Shown here: positions 55,562 to 64,000 of the stretch, piece after piece
How positions within the stretch are numbered: position 1 is the stretch's first letter
How the letters are laid out: every line of letters begins with the position of its first letter
Assembly (NCBI GenBank): GCA_965202625.1
Contig: CBDBBI010000010.1
Coordinates: 2,400,001 to 2,464,000, forward strand
Direction: 5' to 3'
Origin: a bacterium
Lineage (GTDB): Bacteria; UBA8248
DNA length: 64,000 nt
Notes under the pieces: model-generated
The model's database searches: none
Seen by the model: only the letters and a program-made list of their open reading frames with translations
Told to the model about the DNA's origin: nothing
Position numbers and translations under genes: made by a program

Positions 55562-55761
55562 CTCGCTTCTCTCGCAGGAATTGAACCTTCCGTTGATTTT
55601 CGAGGACGCGTTTTTTCCCTTTCCTCTCTGATCCACCATGAAGGCGCGTCTCTCGCCTTGCGCGTTTCCGCCGGTGCTCATAGAATCGAGCGCGTCGTTC
55701 CCCTCCACGCGCCAGGATGACGGGGATTTGCTCGAACCCTCCGGAAGGCGGTCGCTTCTTT

Positions 55762-56427
55762 ATGTCCAACCTCTATGCCATCGGCGACGTTCATGGCCAG
55801 CTGCACATGCTGGACGCCTTGGCGCGGCGCGTGCCCTTTCGGGAGGATGATGAAATCGTCTTTCTCGGGGATTTCATCGATCGGGGGCCGGATTCTAGAG
55901 GGGTGGTCGAATTCTTAATGGAATTCAGGCGGAAATATCCCAAGACCGTGTGCTTGCGGGGAAATCACGAGGACATGTTCTTGGACTATCTGGCTGGAGG
56001 CGGAATCTATCATCCGGACGTCTACGCCATGAACGGCGGCTTGGAAACCCTCAGGGGTTACGGCCTTGATCGGCAAGGCAAGGTTCGGCTTCCCCCCTTG
56101 CATCGGGAATTCTTCAATGCGCTCGTGTGGATGCACGAAACCCGTGGGTTTATCTTCGCACATGCGGGCTTAAGGCCAGGAGTTCCCATCAACCAGCAAG
56201 AGCAGATGGATTTGGTCTGGATACGAGAGGAATTTATCGAGGCGGAACATGATTTTGGAAAGCCGGTCGTTTTTGGGCACACTCCGGCCTCGGGGATAAG
56301 AGACAAACTCCCCTTGTTTTTGGGGATCGACACGCGCGCCGTATTCGGCGGGTGCTTGACGTGCGCACAACTCGCCGACAACGCGCTCGTAGATTGCTAT
56401 CAGGTGTTCTCTCAAGAAGTGCAATGA
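55762..56427 (+). CDS. metallophosphoesterase (PPP/PphA-like)
   Basis: GDVHG, GDFIDRG, GNHE, HAG, FGHT. Confidence 0.9.
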   Translation: MSNLYAIGDVHGQLHMLDALARRVPFREDDEIVFLGDFIDRGPDSRGVVEFLMEFRRKYPKTVCLRGNHEDMFLDYLAGGGIYHPDVYAMNGGLETLRGYGLDRQGKVRLPPLHREFFNALVWMHETRGFIFAHAGLRPGVPINQQEQMDLVWIREEFIEAEHDFGKPVVFGHTPASGIRDKLPLFLGIDTRAVFGGCLTCAQLADNALVDCYQVFSQEVQ

Positions 56428-56439
56428 GTTGAATCGTTC

Positions 56440-58725
56440 GTGAAGCGGAACCCGAACGCAATTCCCGATGACAAGACGATTCTGGACCTGCTCATCCAAC
56501 AGGGTCGGCCGGTGGCCGTGCGTGAGATACTCCGCCTGCTCAAGACCCCCTCCGACGCGCGGCCTTCGCTCAGAAAGCACCTGCGCGTCATGGCGGAGGA
56601 GGGCGCTTTGTCCCGGATTCGCGGTCGCTATTCGGCTCCGGGTTTTCTCTCCATTTGTCAGGGAATCTTCCGTGGCCACCGGCAGGGGTATGGGTTTGTC
56701 ATTCCGGACAAAGTGCTCGGAAAGGAGAGAGCCCCCGATATCCTGATCAAGAAAACGCGCGCGAGGGGGGCTGTGGACGGAGATCGGGTCTCCGCCAGGG
56801 TGGAGAGAGTCGATTCCGACGGAAGATGCGAGGGCAGCGTGATCGACGTGCTTGAGCGCGCGCATGCAACCTTGGTGGGCAGGCTTTGTGTCGAGGGAGG
56901 GAGTGCCTGGGTCGCGCCTCAGGAAGAGCGCATACCGCATCTTGTGACGCTCGACTCCGAACAATGCGAAGGGGCCAAGCCGGGCGAATGGGTGGAAGTG
57001 GAGATCAGTCGATATCCGACCCAAAGAGAGCCCGCCAAGGGGCGCATTCTCAGGGCGTTCGGCTATCCGAAAAACCCGGCTTCCGAGCAGAAGATGATAC
57101 TCGCCAAGTACGGAATTCGCGAGGATTTCCCTCCCGGGGTTCTCGATGAGGAAAGAGGGCTGTTTCCGCCGGAGGAGGACGCGCCTTTTCCGAAGGGGGT
57201 GGAGGATTTCAGAGACTTGTGCGCGTTCACCATCGATCCTGTTAATGCGCGAGACAGGGATGACGCGATTTCGATTGAAAGCGCAACCCGTGGCCGCCGC
57301 CGTCTCGGCGTGCACATCGCCGACGTGGGTCATTACGTGAAGTTCGGTGGCACGATTGACAAAGAAGCGTGCGAGCGCGGCGTGAGCGTGTATTTTCCGG
57401 ATAGGGCCATACCGATGCTCCCGCCCCGTCTCACCCGCGAGGTATGTTCCTTGAGCGCGGGGGCGGTTCGGCGCACTTTGAGCGTCTTGCTCGATTTTGA
57501 TGGGCGTGGAGAGCAAACGGGTCTGCGGCTCGTCTTCGCGCGGATTCGCTCGCGCGCCTCTTTGACCTATCGGGGAGCGGCCGCCGTTTTGGCGGGCAGC
57601 GAGATTCCGCAAAAAAACGAAATGGAAAGCGCTCGCGATCTTCAGGCACCGCTCAGGGAATTATCGGCTCTGGCGGATGACCTTCGCGCGCGGCGCATGC
57701 GTCGGGGCAGTCTCGACTTCGACCTTCCGGAGGCCCATATCCTGCTTGATGCGAGGGGAGTGCCCACTGGCGTTGCGCGTGCGCCGAGGACTGCGGCGCA
57801 CCGCCTGGTCGAGGAGTGTATGTTGGCGGCGAATCGGGCGGTGGCCCAATATCTCGCCGAGGCGGGCGGTGCCGCAATCTTCCGCGTGCATGAGCCGCCC
57901 GGAGAGGAGGATTTGGAGGGTGTACGCATGATGCTCTCGAAGTTGGGCCTCAAAGCGCCCCGCCTTTCCATTCTAAGGAGTCCGGGAGGATTGCAAGAAG
58001 TTTTTGACGCCGTGCGAGGCTCCGACGTGGAGCGTTACGTGAATCTCGCCGCCCTCAGAAGCATGAAGATTGCGCGCTACGATGCCGCCCCCGCCCTTCA
58101 TTTCGGGCTGGGTTTTGAGCGTTACGCGCATTTCACGTCCCCCATTCGCCGATATGCGGATTTGTGCGTTCATAGAAGGCTGAAAAGGCTTATGCGTGGC
58201 GAAAGGCGAAAGCCAAAACCTGAGCGCATCGCTGCCCTTTGTCGGGATATTTCGGAAAAAGACCGCACGGCGGAGGCGGCCTCGCGCGAGATGGCGGATT
58301 TTATGAAGGCGCTTTTTATGCGGGGCAAGGTGGGCGAGCGTTTCCGAGGGCACGTTTCGGGAGTCACGAATTTCGGAATTTTTGTGGAGCTGAGTGATAT
58401 TTTCGTGCAGGGCATGGTGCCGCTTCAATTCATGACGGACGACGACTACCGCTTCATTCCGGAGGAGCACGCGGTTCTCGGCCGCAGAACGGGACGGCGG
58501 TTTCGTTTGGGGGACGCCGTCACTGTGCGGGTGGAGGGGGTTGATTTGGCGGCGAGGCGCGTCACCTTTCATCTGCAGGGGGGTGGCACGAAGGGGAAGG
58601 TCGGCGACGCTCCAGTCTCATACCGCGCCTCCGAAAACCCCGGCCGCCACCTGGGAGAGAGACGCTCAAATCCTCGACGTCAAAAGAGGGGCAAGCCGAA
58701 GAGGAGAGGAAGTCGGCGCCGTTGA
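56440..58725 (+). CDS. rnr: ribonuclease R
   Basis: FTIDP..ARDRDDAIS, HIADV, HFTSPIRRYADL, C-terminal S1 domain and basic tail. Confidence 0.94.
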   Translation: MKRNPNAIPDDKTILDLLIQQGRPVAVREILRLLKTPSDARPSLRKHLRVMAEEGALSRIRGRYSAPGFLSICQGIFRGHRQGYGFVIPDKVLGKERAPDILIKKTRARGAVDGDRVSARVERVDSDGRCEGSVIDVLERAHATLVGRLCVEGGSAWVAPQEERIPHLVTLDSEQCEGAKPGEWVEVEISRYPTQREPAKGRILRAFGYPKNPASEQKMILAKYGIREDFPPGVLDEERGLFPPEEDAPFPKGVEDFRDLCAFTIDPVNARDRDDAISIESATRGRRRLGVHIADVGHYVKFGGTIDKEACERGVSVYFPDRAIPMLPPRLTREVCSLSAGAVRRTLSVLLDFDGRGEQTGLRLVFARIRSRASLTYRGAAAVLAGSEIPQKNEMESARDLQAPLRELSALADDLRARRMRRGSLDFDLPEAHILLDARGVPTGVARAPRTAAHRLVEECMLAANRAVAQYLAEAGGAAIFRVHEPPGEEDLEGVRMMLSKLGLKAPRLSILRSPGGLQEVFDAVRGSDVERYVNLAALRSMKIARYDAAPALHFGLGFERYAHFTSPIRRYADLCVHRRLKRLMRGERRKPKPERIAALCRDISEKDRTAEAASREMADFMKALFMRGKVGERFRGHVSGVTNFGIFVELSDIFVQGMVPLQFMTDDDYRFIPEEHAVLGRRTGRRFRLGDAVTVRVEGVDLAARRVTFHLQGGGTKGKVGDAPVSYRASENPGRHLGERRSNPRRQKRGKPKRRGSRRR

Positions 58726-58895
58726 CTCCCGCAGATGCTGCCTGGATGCTTGATAGAGAAGCGTCCTGTTCGTGTTGTTTGGTTTCTCCAGTGGCAGAAA
58801 ATCCTGTGAGGGGCTATATTGATTCCTGAGGATAGAAGATATGGGAGGGGCGATCCGCTCCTTTTTCTTTTTCCAGTTTTTCGTGAGGTGCGGCG

Positions 58896-59360
58896 ATGGC
58901 GGGCGGCGTGAAAATCATTGCGGAAAACAGGCGCGCCCGCGCCGATTATGCGATTGATGAAACCTACGAGGCGGGCCTAGTGCTCACGGGCACGGAGGTG
59001 AAAGCGCTTCGAGAGGGTCGTGCGAACTTAAAGGAGAGCTATGGCGACATCGTCGGTGGCGAGGCTTGGCTGGTCGATTGTCACATTAGCCCTTATGGAC
59101 ATGGCAACATACACAATCATGTGCCCACGCGCAGAAGGAAGCTGTTGCTCCACAAACGCGAAATTGGGCGCTTGATTGGCCGCGTGAACGAAAAGGGGAT
59201 GGCGCTCGTGCCAATGAAGATGTATTTCGCCCGAGGCCGCGCCAAGGTGGAGATTGGCGTGGGGAAGGGTAAGAAACGCCATGACCGTCGCGAGGAATTG
59301 AAAAAGCGCGCGGCCAATCGTGATATTGAGCGCGCGCTCGCAGAAAGGAATCGGGGATGA
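58896..59360 (+). CDS. smpB: SsrA-binding protein
   Basis: ENRRAR, EAGLVLTGTEVKALR, RRKLLLHKREI, GKGKKRHDRR. Confidence 0.96.
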   Translation: MAGGVKIIAENRRARADYAIDETYEAGLVLTGTEVKALREGRANLKESYGDIVGGEAWLVDCHISPYGHGNIHNHVPTRRRKLLLHKREIGRLIGRVNEKGMALVPMKMYFARGRAKVEIGVGKGKKRHDRREELKKRAANRDIERALAERNRG

Positions 59361-59563
59361 TACGCATTTTCAGAGAATATACAATGTCCTGGTTGCAAGT
59401 GGGTTTGCTCAAAATTTCGATGATGGCGTTCGGCTTGGCGATTGGCGCCACCTGGCCGGAACTTTTTCGGGAGAGGGTGGTCTGGCTCTGGCTGATGTTC
59501 GCTCTGCCCGCCGTTTATTTGGGCATCGTCTTCTACCCCAGCATGTGGGGCGGGCGCAAATAG
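59357..59563 (+). CDS. small two-TM membrane protein
   Basis: ATGA overlap with the smpB stop; two hydrophobic segments (LLKISMMAFGLAIG; WLWLMFALPAVYLGIV). Confidence 0.6.
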   Translation: MIRIFREYTMSWLQVGLLKISMMAFGLAIGATWPELFRERVVWLWLMFALPAVYLGIVFYPSMWGGRK

Positions 59564-59626
59564 GGTGCGCAAAGTCGGGTCTGGGGCGTATGATCGCCGC
59601 CCCTGACGCCGGCGTTCATCTCTCAT

Positions 59627-59987
59627 GGGGGCGATCTGGTTTCGACGGGAGGATTTGAAGTCTGAGCTGCGTGCCGGGGACGCCACTTGGCCCCGTTATC
59701 AATGTGGCAAAATCACACCAGCCGACAACGAGCTGGCTCTCGCGGCCTAGACGCTAGCGAGCGCTCCCCCTCGCCTCGTCCGCAGGGGAGGTGTGGAGCG
59801 TCATGATGCGGACTAGCCGACCCAGGTTTCTGTCCGGAGCTTGTTAGGCGAATATCAATCGGACTAGCCCGGAGGATGGCCCGCCGGTGGGCTTGAGACC
59901 GAGCAAAATCCTCACCACCGGCTACGCACGTAGACGCTCACGACGGAAGCCTTGCGGACGCGGGTTCGATTCCCGCCGCCTCCACCA
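59627..59987 (+). ncRNA. ssrA: tmRNA, tag peptide (A)ADNELALAA
   Basis: 5' GGGGGCGATCTGGTTTCGACGGG; 3' GACGCGGGTTCGATTCCCGCCGCCTCCACCA; internal reading frame 59721-59750; adjacent to smpB. Confidence 0.96.
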
Positions 59988-60668
59988 AAATTTCATATGT
60001 TTTGGGTAATGGTCTGCGCGTTGGAATATACCCATTGGAGGGGAGAATGTAAGCATGGGGAGTCCCCTAGTCCTTTCCGTTGACGACTGCGCGATGCCCG
60101 GTTCAAGTAGGGCGTATTGACGAGGCCTCGGCGGTTTTCTCAAAAAAGCTTTGGCTTGCGCGTTCGCCGGATGAGCCGGAACGCGAATGCGCCGCCTGGA
60201 TTCGGCATGACGCAATCAAACGCCGCGCACAACCAAATCCGTCCCGTCCCAGCCGGTGACCTCAGACGTGATGACGGCGTTGGAGGCCGCTTCGGTTTCA
60301 TCCAAGAACATTTTGACGTCCAATTCGGGTGCCGTCTGAAGCCTGGCGCGCCGTCACAGAAGGTCCGCCCTGAAGAAGCTCTCGACCAAAATTCCGTTTT
60401 TCTGCCGATGAAGGTTTGATTGTCCTGCGCGTGATGCGTTATTGCAACTCTAGAAATCTTGCCTTGGCTATTGACGCCAGAGTGCCCAGTGTCAGAGATT
60501 CGCTCTGTCGCGGAGCCGATTCGAAGGGCGTGCGGTGCGGCACAGCAACGGTCCGGATTCCTCACCTTGTCGCCCGTGAATCACCGTTGAGCGCGATCTG
60601 ATGACAATGGGGCCCTGGCACTACAATCCAACTATGGTTTGACAGACTTAAGGGAAGGAATGAAATCA

Positions 60669-61046
60669 ATGAAAGTCGCATACGTTTTCGCCACGAGTAT
60701 GTCGGCGACTTACAAGCTCGCCACCATGATCCTCCCGCAGCTCGAAGCCGGCTCGCACGGGGCGACCGTCGTCGGCATGTTCTTCTTCGACGACAATATG
60801 TTCTGCCTGCGCGAGGGCGATCCGATCGGAGAGCGTCTGGCCAAAGTTGCCGAGGAGCAGAGCATCCTTCTCATGATCTGCGATCAATGCGCCGTGAGGC
60901 GCAACCTCGCCGAGGGGACCTTTGAGCAGTGTGGGTCAGGAGAGGTGACGGCAAGGGGCACCGTCGCCGGAGTGCAGGCAGGCTGCTTTCCACAGCTCTA
61001 TTCCGCGCTCGCCCCTCATCCGCCGGATCAGGTTATCACGCTTTAG
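60669..61046 (+). CDS. DsrE-fold protein, SaoD-like
   Basis: MKVAYVF, MILPQLE..HG..VVGMFFFDDN, CDQCA, GCFPQLY, DQVITL. Confidence 0.72.
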   Translation: MKVAYVFATSMSATYKLATMILPQLEAGSHGATVVGMFFFDDNMFCLREGDPIGERLAKVAEEQSILLMICDQCAVRRNLAEGTFEQCGSGEVTARGTVAGVQAGCFPQLYSALAPHPPDQVITL

Positions 61047-62065
61047 AGGGGCGTCATATAGGGAGATTTGGTGCCAGTTCCTGTGTTACGAGCCATTCTG
61101 CCGAAGTCGGATATGCCCCGCAGTGTAGTTGTTGTAGTGCCGTGGCCCAGGCGCAACTGCGCCGGCAGTTCTGGAGAATGGATGGGAACAGATATATTGA
61201 GAAGGTTGGTTTATGTGATTGCTTCTGAACGTCTCGCGAGAAACTTCGGGCCAGAAATGATGGTCGTGGGCAAAATTTCCGCTTGCCTCGCCGTCGCTGG
61301 GGCCGGATGGCGCGTCTCTCGCATCAAACCTCTTTGCGTAGAGGTTTGGAAGATGACCAAAGACAGATTGGTCACCAAACTATATCGAGCGTATTTTCTC
61401 GCCCGGTTGCCGGCAGCCGGGCGCAGCCTCTAGGTTTCAGGGCGACTTGAGTCCGTAATAGGAGTACCACCCGATCAAGTCGGAGAAAGCCGCCGCGGAT
61501 TTTGGGGCATGTCGAAACCCGTGCCAGTGAGACGATCTGCCTTGCGTCGTCCTTGATGACGCGCCTGAAGATATCGTTCATAGTGCAAACCCGATAACGA
61601 ACCAAATCTCTCGGCGACGGGAAAATATGGATGAGATGCTGAACCTCCTCCTTTACCTCCTCATAGGGAACAACGCCGCATAAGGATCGTCGCACAATTT
61701 GTGTCCTCATCTTCCTCCATCGCCTAAATGCAGGAAATGACGAAAGCCGTTGAGCCGACTTCGTTGATATCCGTGTGTGATGGTCGTTGCGGAAATGTTT
61801 GCTTCTGACGTTAGCTCGCAAAACTATGATGGGGCCATCAGCGGCATCGAACCTCTTGAGGTAGGGGACGGAAGTCTCGCATAATGCCCTCGGGCTTGAT
61901 AGATTACCTCTCTCACGCGATTTCATAACGTTCGCCTCTATGCGCAGAAGCGCATCGCGTTTGATCACTTTCTGCTTGATAAAGCGGCGCGTTGTGAGGA
62001 TATCGTCCGTCAAAACAATGCGAGAGAGCCTGCAAGGCGTAAAATGTAAAACGTGGGGAGGCCGG

Positions 62066-63151
62066 ATGCTCATTTTAAGACGTCAGATGTTGCAGACCGC
62101 AGCCCGTGCCGCGCTCTTGGCCATCGTCGGCGTCCCTCACAACGCGCGCGCCTCGATGATGGGCCGTTTGTTCGATTGGCTGAATAGCCGCCCCGTCGAG
62201 ACTCCCGCTTCCGGAGAGGGAATTCTGGATTTCGCCGCGCGTGTTCTTCCCGAAGTCACGCCGACTGAAAAATTCTACGTGCAGAGCATCGGTGCCGCGC
62301 CGCCCGCGATATCTCCTCGAGAATGGCGGCTGAAGGTAAAGGGCGAAGTGGTCGCGCCGTTTTCCGCCTCTTTGTCCGAGATGAACGTGCTGGGACGAGT
62401 GAAAACTTGGGCGACGATGACCTGTATCGGAAATCCAGTGGGCGGCGGACAGATAGGAAACGCCTTGTGGGAGGGGATGCCGCTCAAAACGCTTTTGGAG
62501 CGCGTCGGCGTGGCGGAGCGTGTCCGCCGCTCCGTCGCTGCCAGGGTCATCTTTCGCGCGGCGGATGGCTACCACGATTCGATATCTCTCGAACGGGCGC
62601 TGGACGCGAGGACGCTTCTTTGCACGAAGATGAACGGAGAGAATCTTCCGCGAGATCATGGCGCCCCGCTCAGGCTCCTGGCGCCGGGCGTCTATGGTCT
62701 CAAGAACGTGAAATGGATTGAATCCATTGAAATCTCCACCCAAGGTCATGGTGGGGGGTATTGGCAAAGGCGCGGCTGGTCAGATGAGGAGATTGTCGAG
62801 ACGCTGAGTCGCTTCGAGGCTCCCAGAAGGCGCGTTCAGGTGCGCGTCCCCCGCATCTGGCTCGTGGGTTCCGCTTTTGCGGGCGATAGGGGAATTCGCA
62901 GGGTGGAAGTAACCTACGGCCAAGGAAGACGTTTGCGTCCCTGGACGCCCGCTTTGCTCAAGAAACCCCTCGGTACCCTCGCGTGGAGCGTCTGGGCGTT
63001 TCCTCTGCGTTTTGAGGGGAATGGATTTTATCCAGTGACGGTGCGGGCGGTGGATGGGACTGGAGAGACGCAGACGGATCGGATTTCCGATCCGCAACCC
63101 GGTGGATCGACCGGACGAATGGGGCTTAGCGTATATGTGAGAGACTTATAG
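62066..63151 (+). CDS. sulfite-oxidase-family molybdoenzyme with putative Tat signal
   Basis: LRRQML signal; WRLKV.G, CIGN (Mo-Cys), WEG, DGYH.SI, HGAPLRL, G.YGLKNVKW, GYWQRRGW, RAVDGTG. Confidence 0.88.
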   Translation: MLILRRQMLQTAARAALLAIVGVPHNARASMMGRLFDWLNSRPVETPASGEGILDFAARVLPEVTPTEKFYVQSIGAAPPAISPREWRLKVKGEVVAPFSASLSEMNVLGRVKTWATMTCIGNPVGGGQIGNALWEGMPLKTLLERVGVAERVRRSVAARVIFRAADGYHDSISLERALDARTLLCTKMNGENLPRDHGAPLRLLAPGVYGLKNVKWIESIEISTQGHGGGYWQRRGWSDEEIVETLSRFEAPRRRVQVRVPRIWLVGSAFAGDRGIRRVEVTYGQGRRLRPWTPALLKKPLGTLAWSVWAFPLRFEGNGFYPVTVRAVDGTGETQTDRISDPQPGGSTGRMGLSVYVRDL

Positions 63152-63172
63152 GCGAATCAAGAGACGCACACG

Positions 63173-63206
63173 AAAAACCCCCGCCGAGCGCGTCCGGCGG
63201 GGGTTT
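63173..63206. terminator. bidirectional intrinsic terminator between convergent genes
   Basis: AAAAACCCCCGCCG-AGCGCGTC-CGGCGGGGGTTT. Confidence 0.75.
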
Positions 63207-63227
63207 GGTCTTCTAGGAGCGTGAGGG

Positions 63228-64000
63228 TTAGCGGCGTTTGCCACCCACGATGTTCGTCGCGCGCTTCTGGCGCTTGATCATCCACTCTTTGGGCGCCTCA
63301 ATGCCGCTGCGATCCATAATGTCGAGATTGTGTTGATACGCCATGAAATTCTGGATGTAGCTCAGCGTACCGCCTCGGTGAGGCGCTCCAGACGGCTGGC
63401 GACCCTCAATCAGGTCGATCATGTTGTAAACCGCCTCTTTCGCCATGGCGATCTGCTCGGCCAGCACCGCCGCGTGCACCCAGCCGTCGCGAATGTCTTT
63501 TTCGATGCCGACGACAAGGTTGTGCGTCACGATCTTGATCTGGCCCGGCTTGTAGCCGGCCGCTTTCACGGCGTCCACGGTGCCTCGGGCGATGAGCGTC
63601 GCCCAAGGGTAAATGCCCTTTACGTCCGGGTGCTTCTTGAGCAGATCCTCCGCCGTCTGGTAGGCGGCCTGCACGTTCGATTTAGTGAATTCCTTCGCCA
63701 CGATCTGGATTTTGGGATAGTGGCTTATGTAATCCTCAAAACCTTTGGCCATGGAAGTCACCATCTCGATGCCGCTGGGCCCAGGCAGCATCATCACTTT
63801 GCCTTGGTAGTTGATGGAGTGCGCCAAGGTAGAGCCGATGAGAAGACCCAATTCGTAACTGTTTTTCATGACGCGGTTTTTGACGCGACTGCTGTCTAGG
63901 TCAATGTTGTCCACGACGACCTTAATGCCTTTGTCCATCGCTTTGTGCACGGCGTCCACCATGCCCTTGGTGCTGATGGGGCAGATGATCATCCCGTCGT
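63228..64000 (-). CDS. sugar ABC transporter substrate-binding protein (RbsB-like), 5' end outside window
   Basis: DGMIICP, AMDKGIKVVVD, EDLLKKHPDVKGIY: periplasmic binding protein type 1 pattern. Confidence 0.85.
   Translation of the reverse strand, partial: DGMIICPISTKGMVDAVHKAMDKGIKVVVDNIDLDSSRVKNRVMKNSYELGLLIGSTLAHSINYQGKVMMLPGPSGIEMVTSMAKGFEDYISHYPKIQIVAKEFTKSNVQAAYQTAEDLLKKHPDVKGIYPWATLIARGTVDAVKAAGYKPGQIKIVTHNLVVGIEKDIRDGWVHAAVLAEQIAMAKEAVYNMIDLIEGRQPSGAPHRGGTLSYIQNFMAYQHNLDIMDRSGIEAPKEWMIKRQKRATNIVGGKRR

Noticed and set aside
56170-57612. Long antisense and alternative-frame ORFs (this 480-aa ORF, also 28663-30255, 19331-20746, 2790-4127, 33313-34674)
   Set aside because: They overlap well-supported genes on the opposite strand, lack motifs, and are typical shadows in high-GC DNA
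61068-62073. ORFs 61068-61433 (+) and 61372-62073 (-) as genes
   Set aside because: No recognisable motifs or clear RBS and atypical composition; cannot be supported without a search

Overview
High-GC bacterial chromosome segment; KdsD implies a diderm (LPS-type) cell, and finer taxonomy cannot be assigned from the sequence. The core genes are selA, arfB, ychF, nfuA, yebC-ruvCAB, kdsD, polA and rnr-smpB-ssrA (tmRNA), with many catabolic enzymes between them. The main accessory island (~4.9-18.2 kb) holds a Fic gene and a single-polypeptide Type ISP restriction-modification enzyme. These are followed by two cassettes, each bounded by its own pair of direct repeats: a TupA-like ATP-grasp gene, and a head-to-tail array of four membrane-anchored pentapeptide-repeat paralogues plus a fifth stub. 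The array is the most unusual feature. Its 30-bp DNA repeats consist of an ~18-nt conserved part (AQLQG-A) and a ~12-nt variable part (xLxx), repeat number varies from 7 to 10, and the paralogues are patchwork mosaics of each other, which suggests a recombination-diversified repertoire of surface or binding proteins. Other notable loci: an amgK/nagZ-flanked operon with MshA-like, MshB-like and two GNAT enzymes; a FadR-regulated M24/DRE-TIM/ADH/double-bicupin cluster; a decaying CoA-transferase/enoyl-CoA hydratase/3-sulfinopropionyl-CoA desulfinase-like operon; and several pseudogene remnants. All alignments were done by eye and all family calls come from recognised motifs; no database searches were run.
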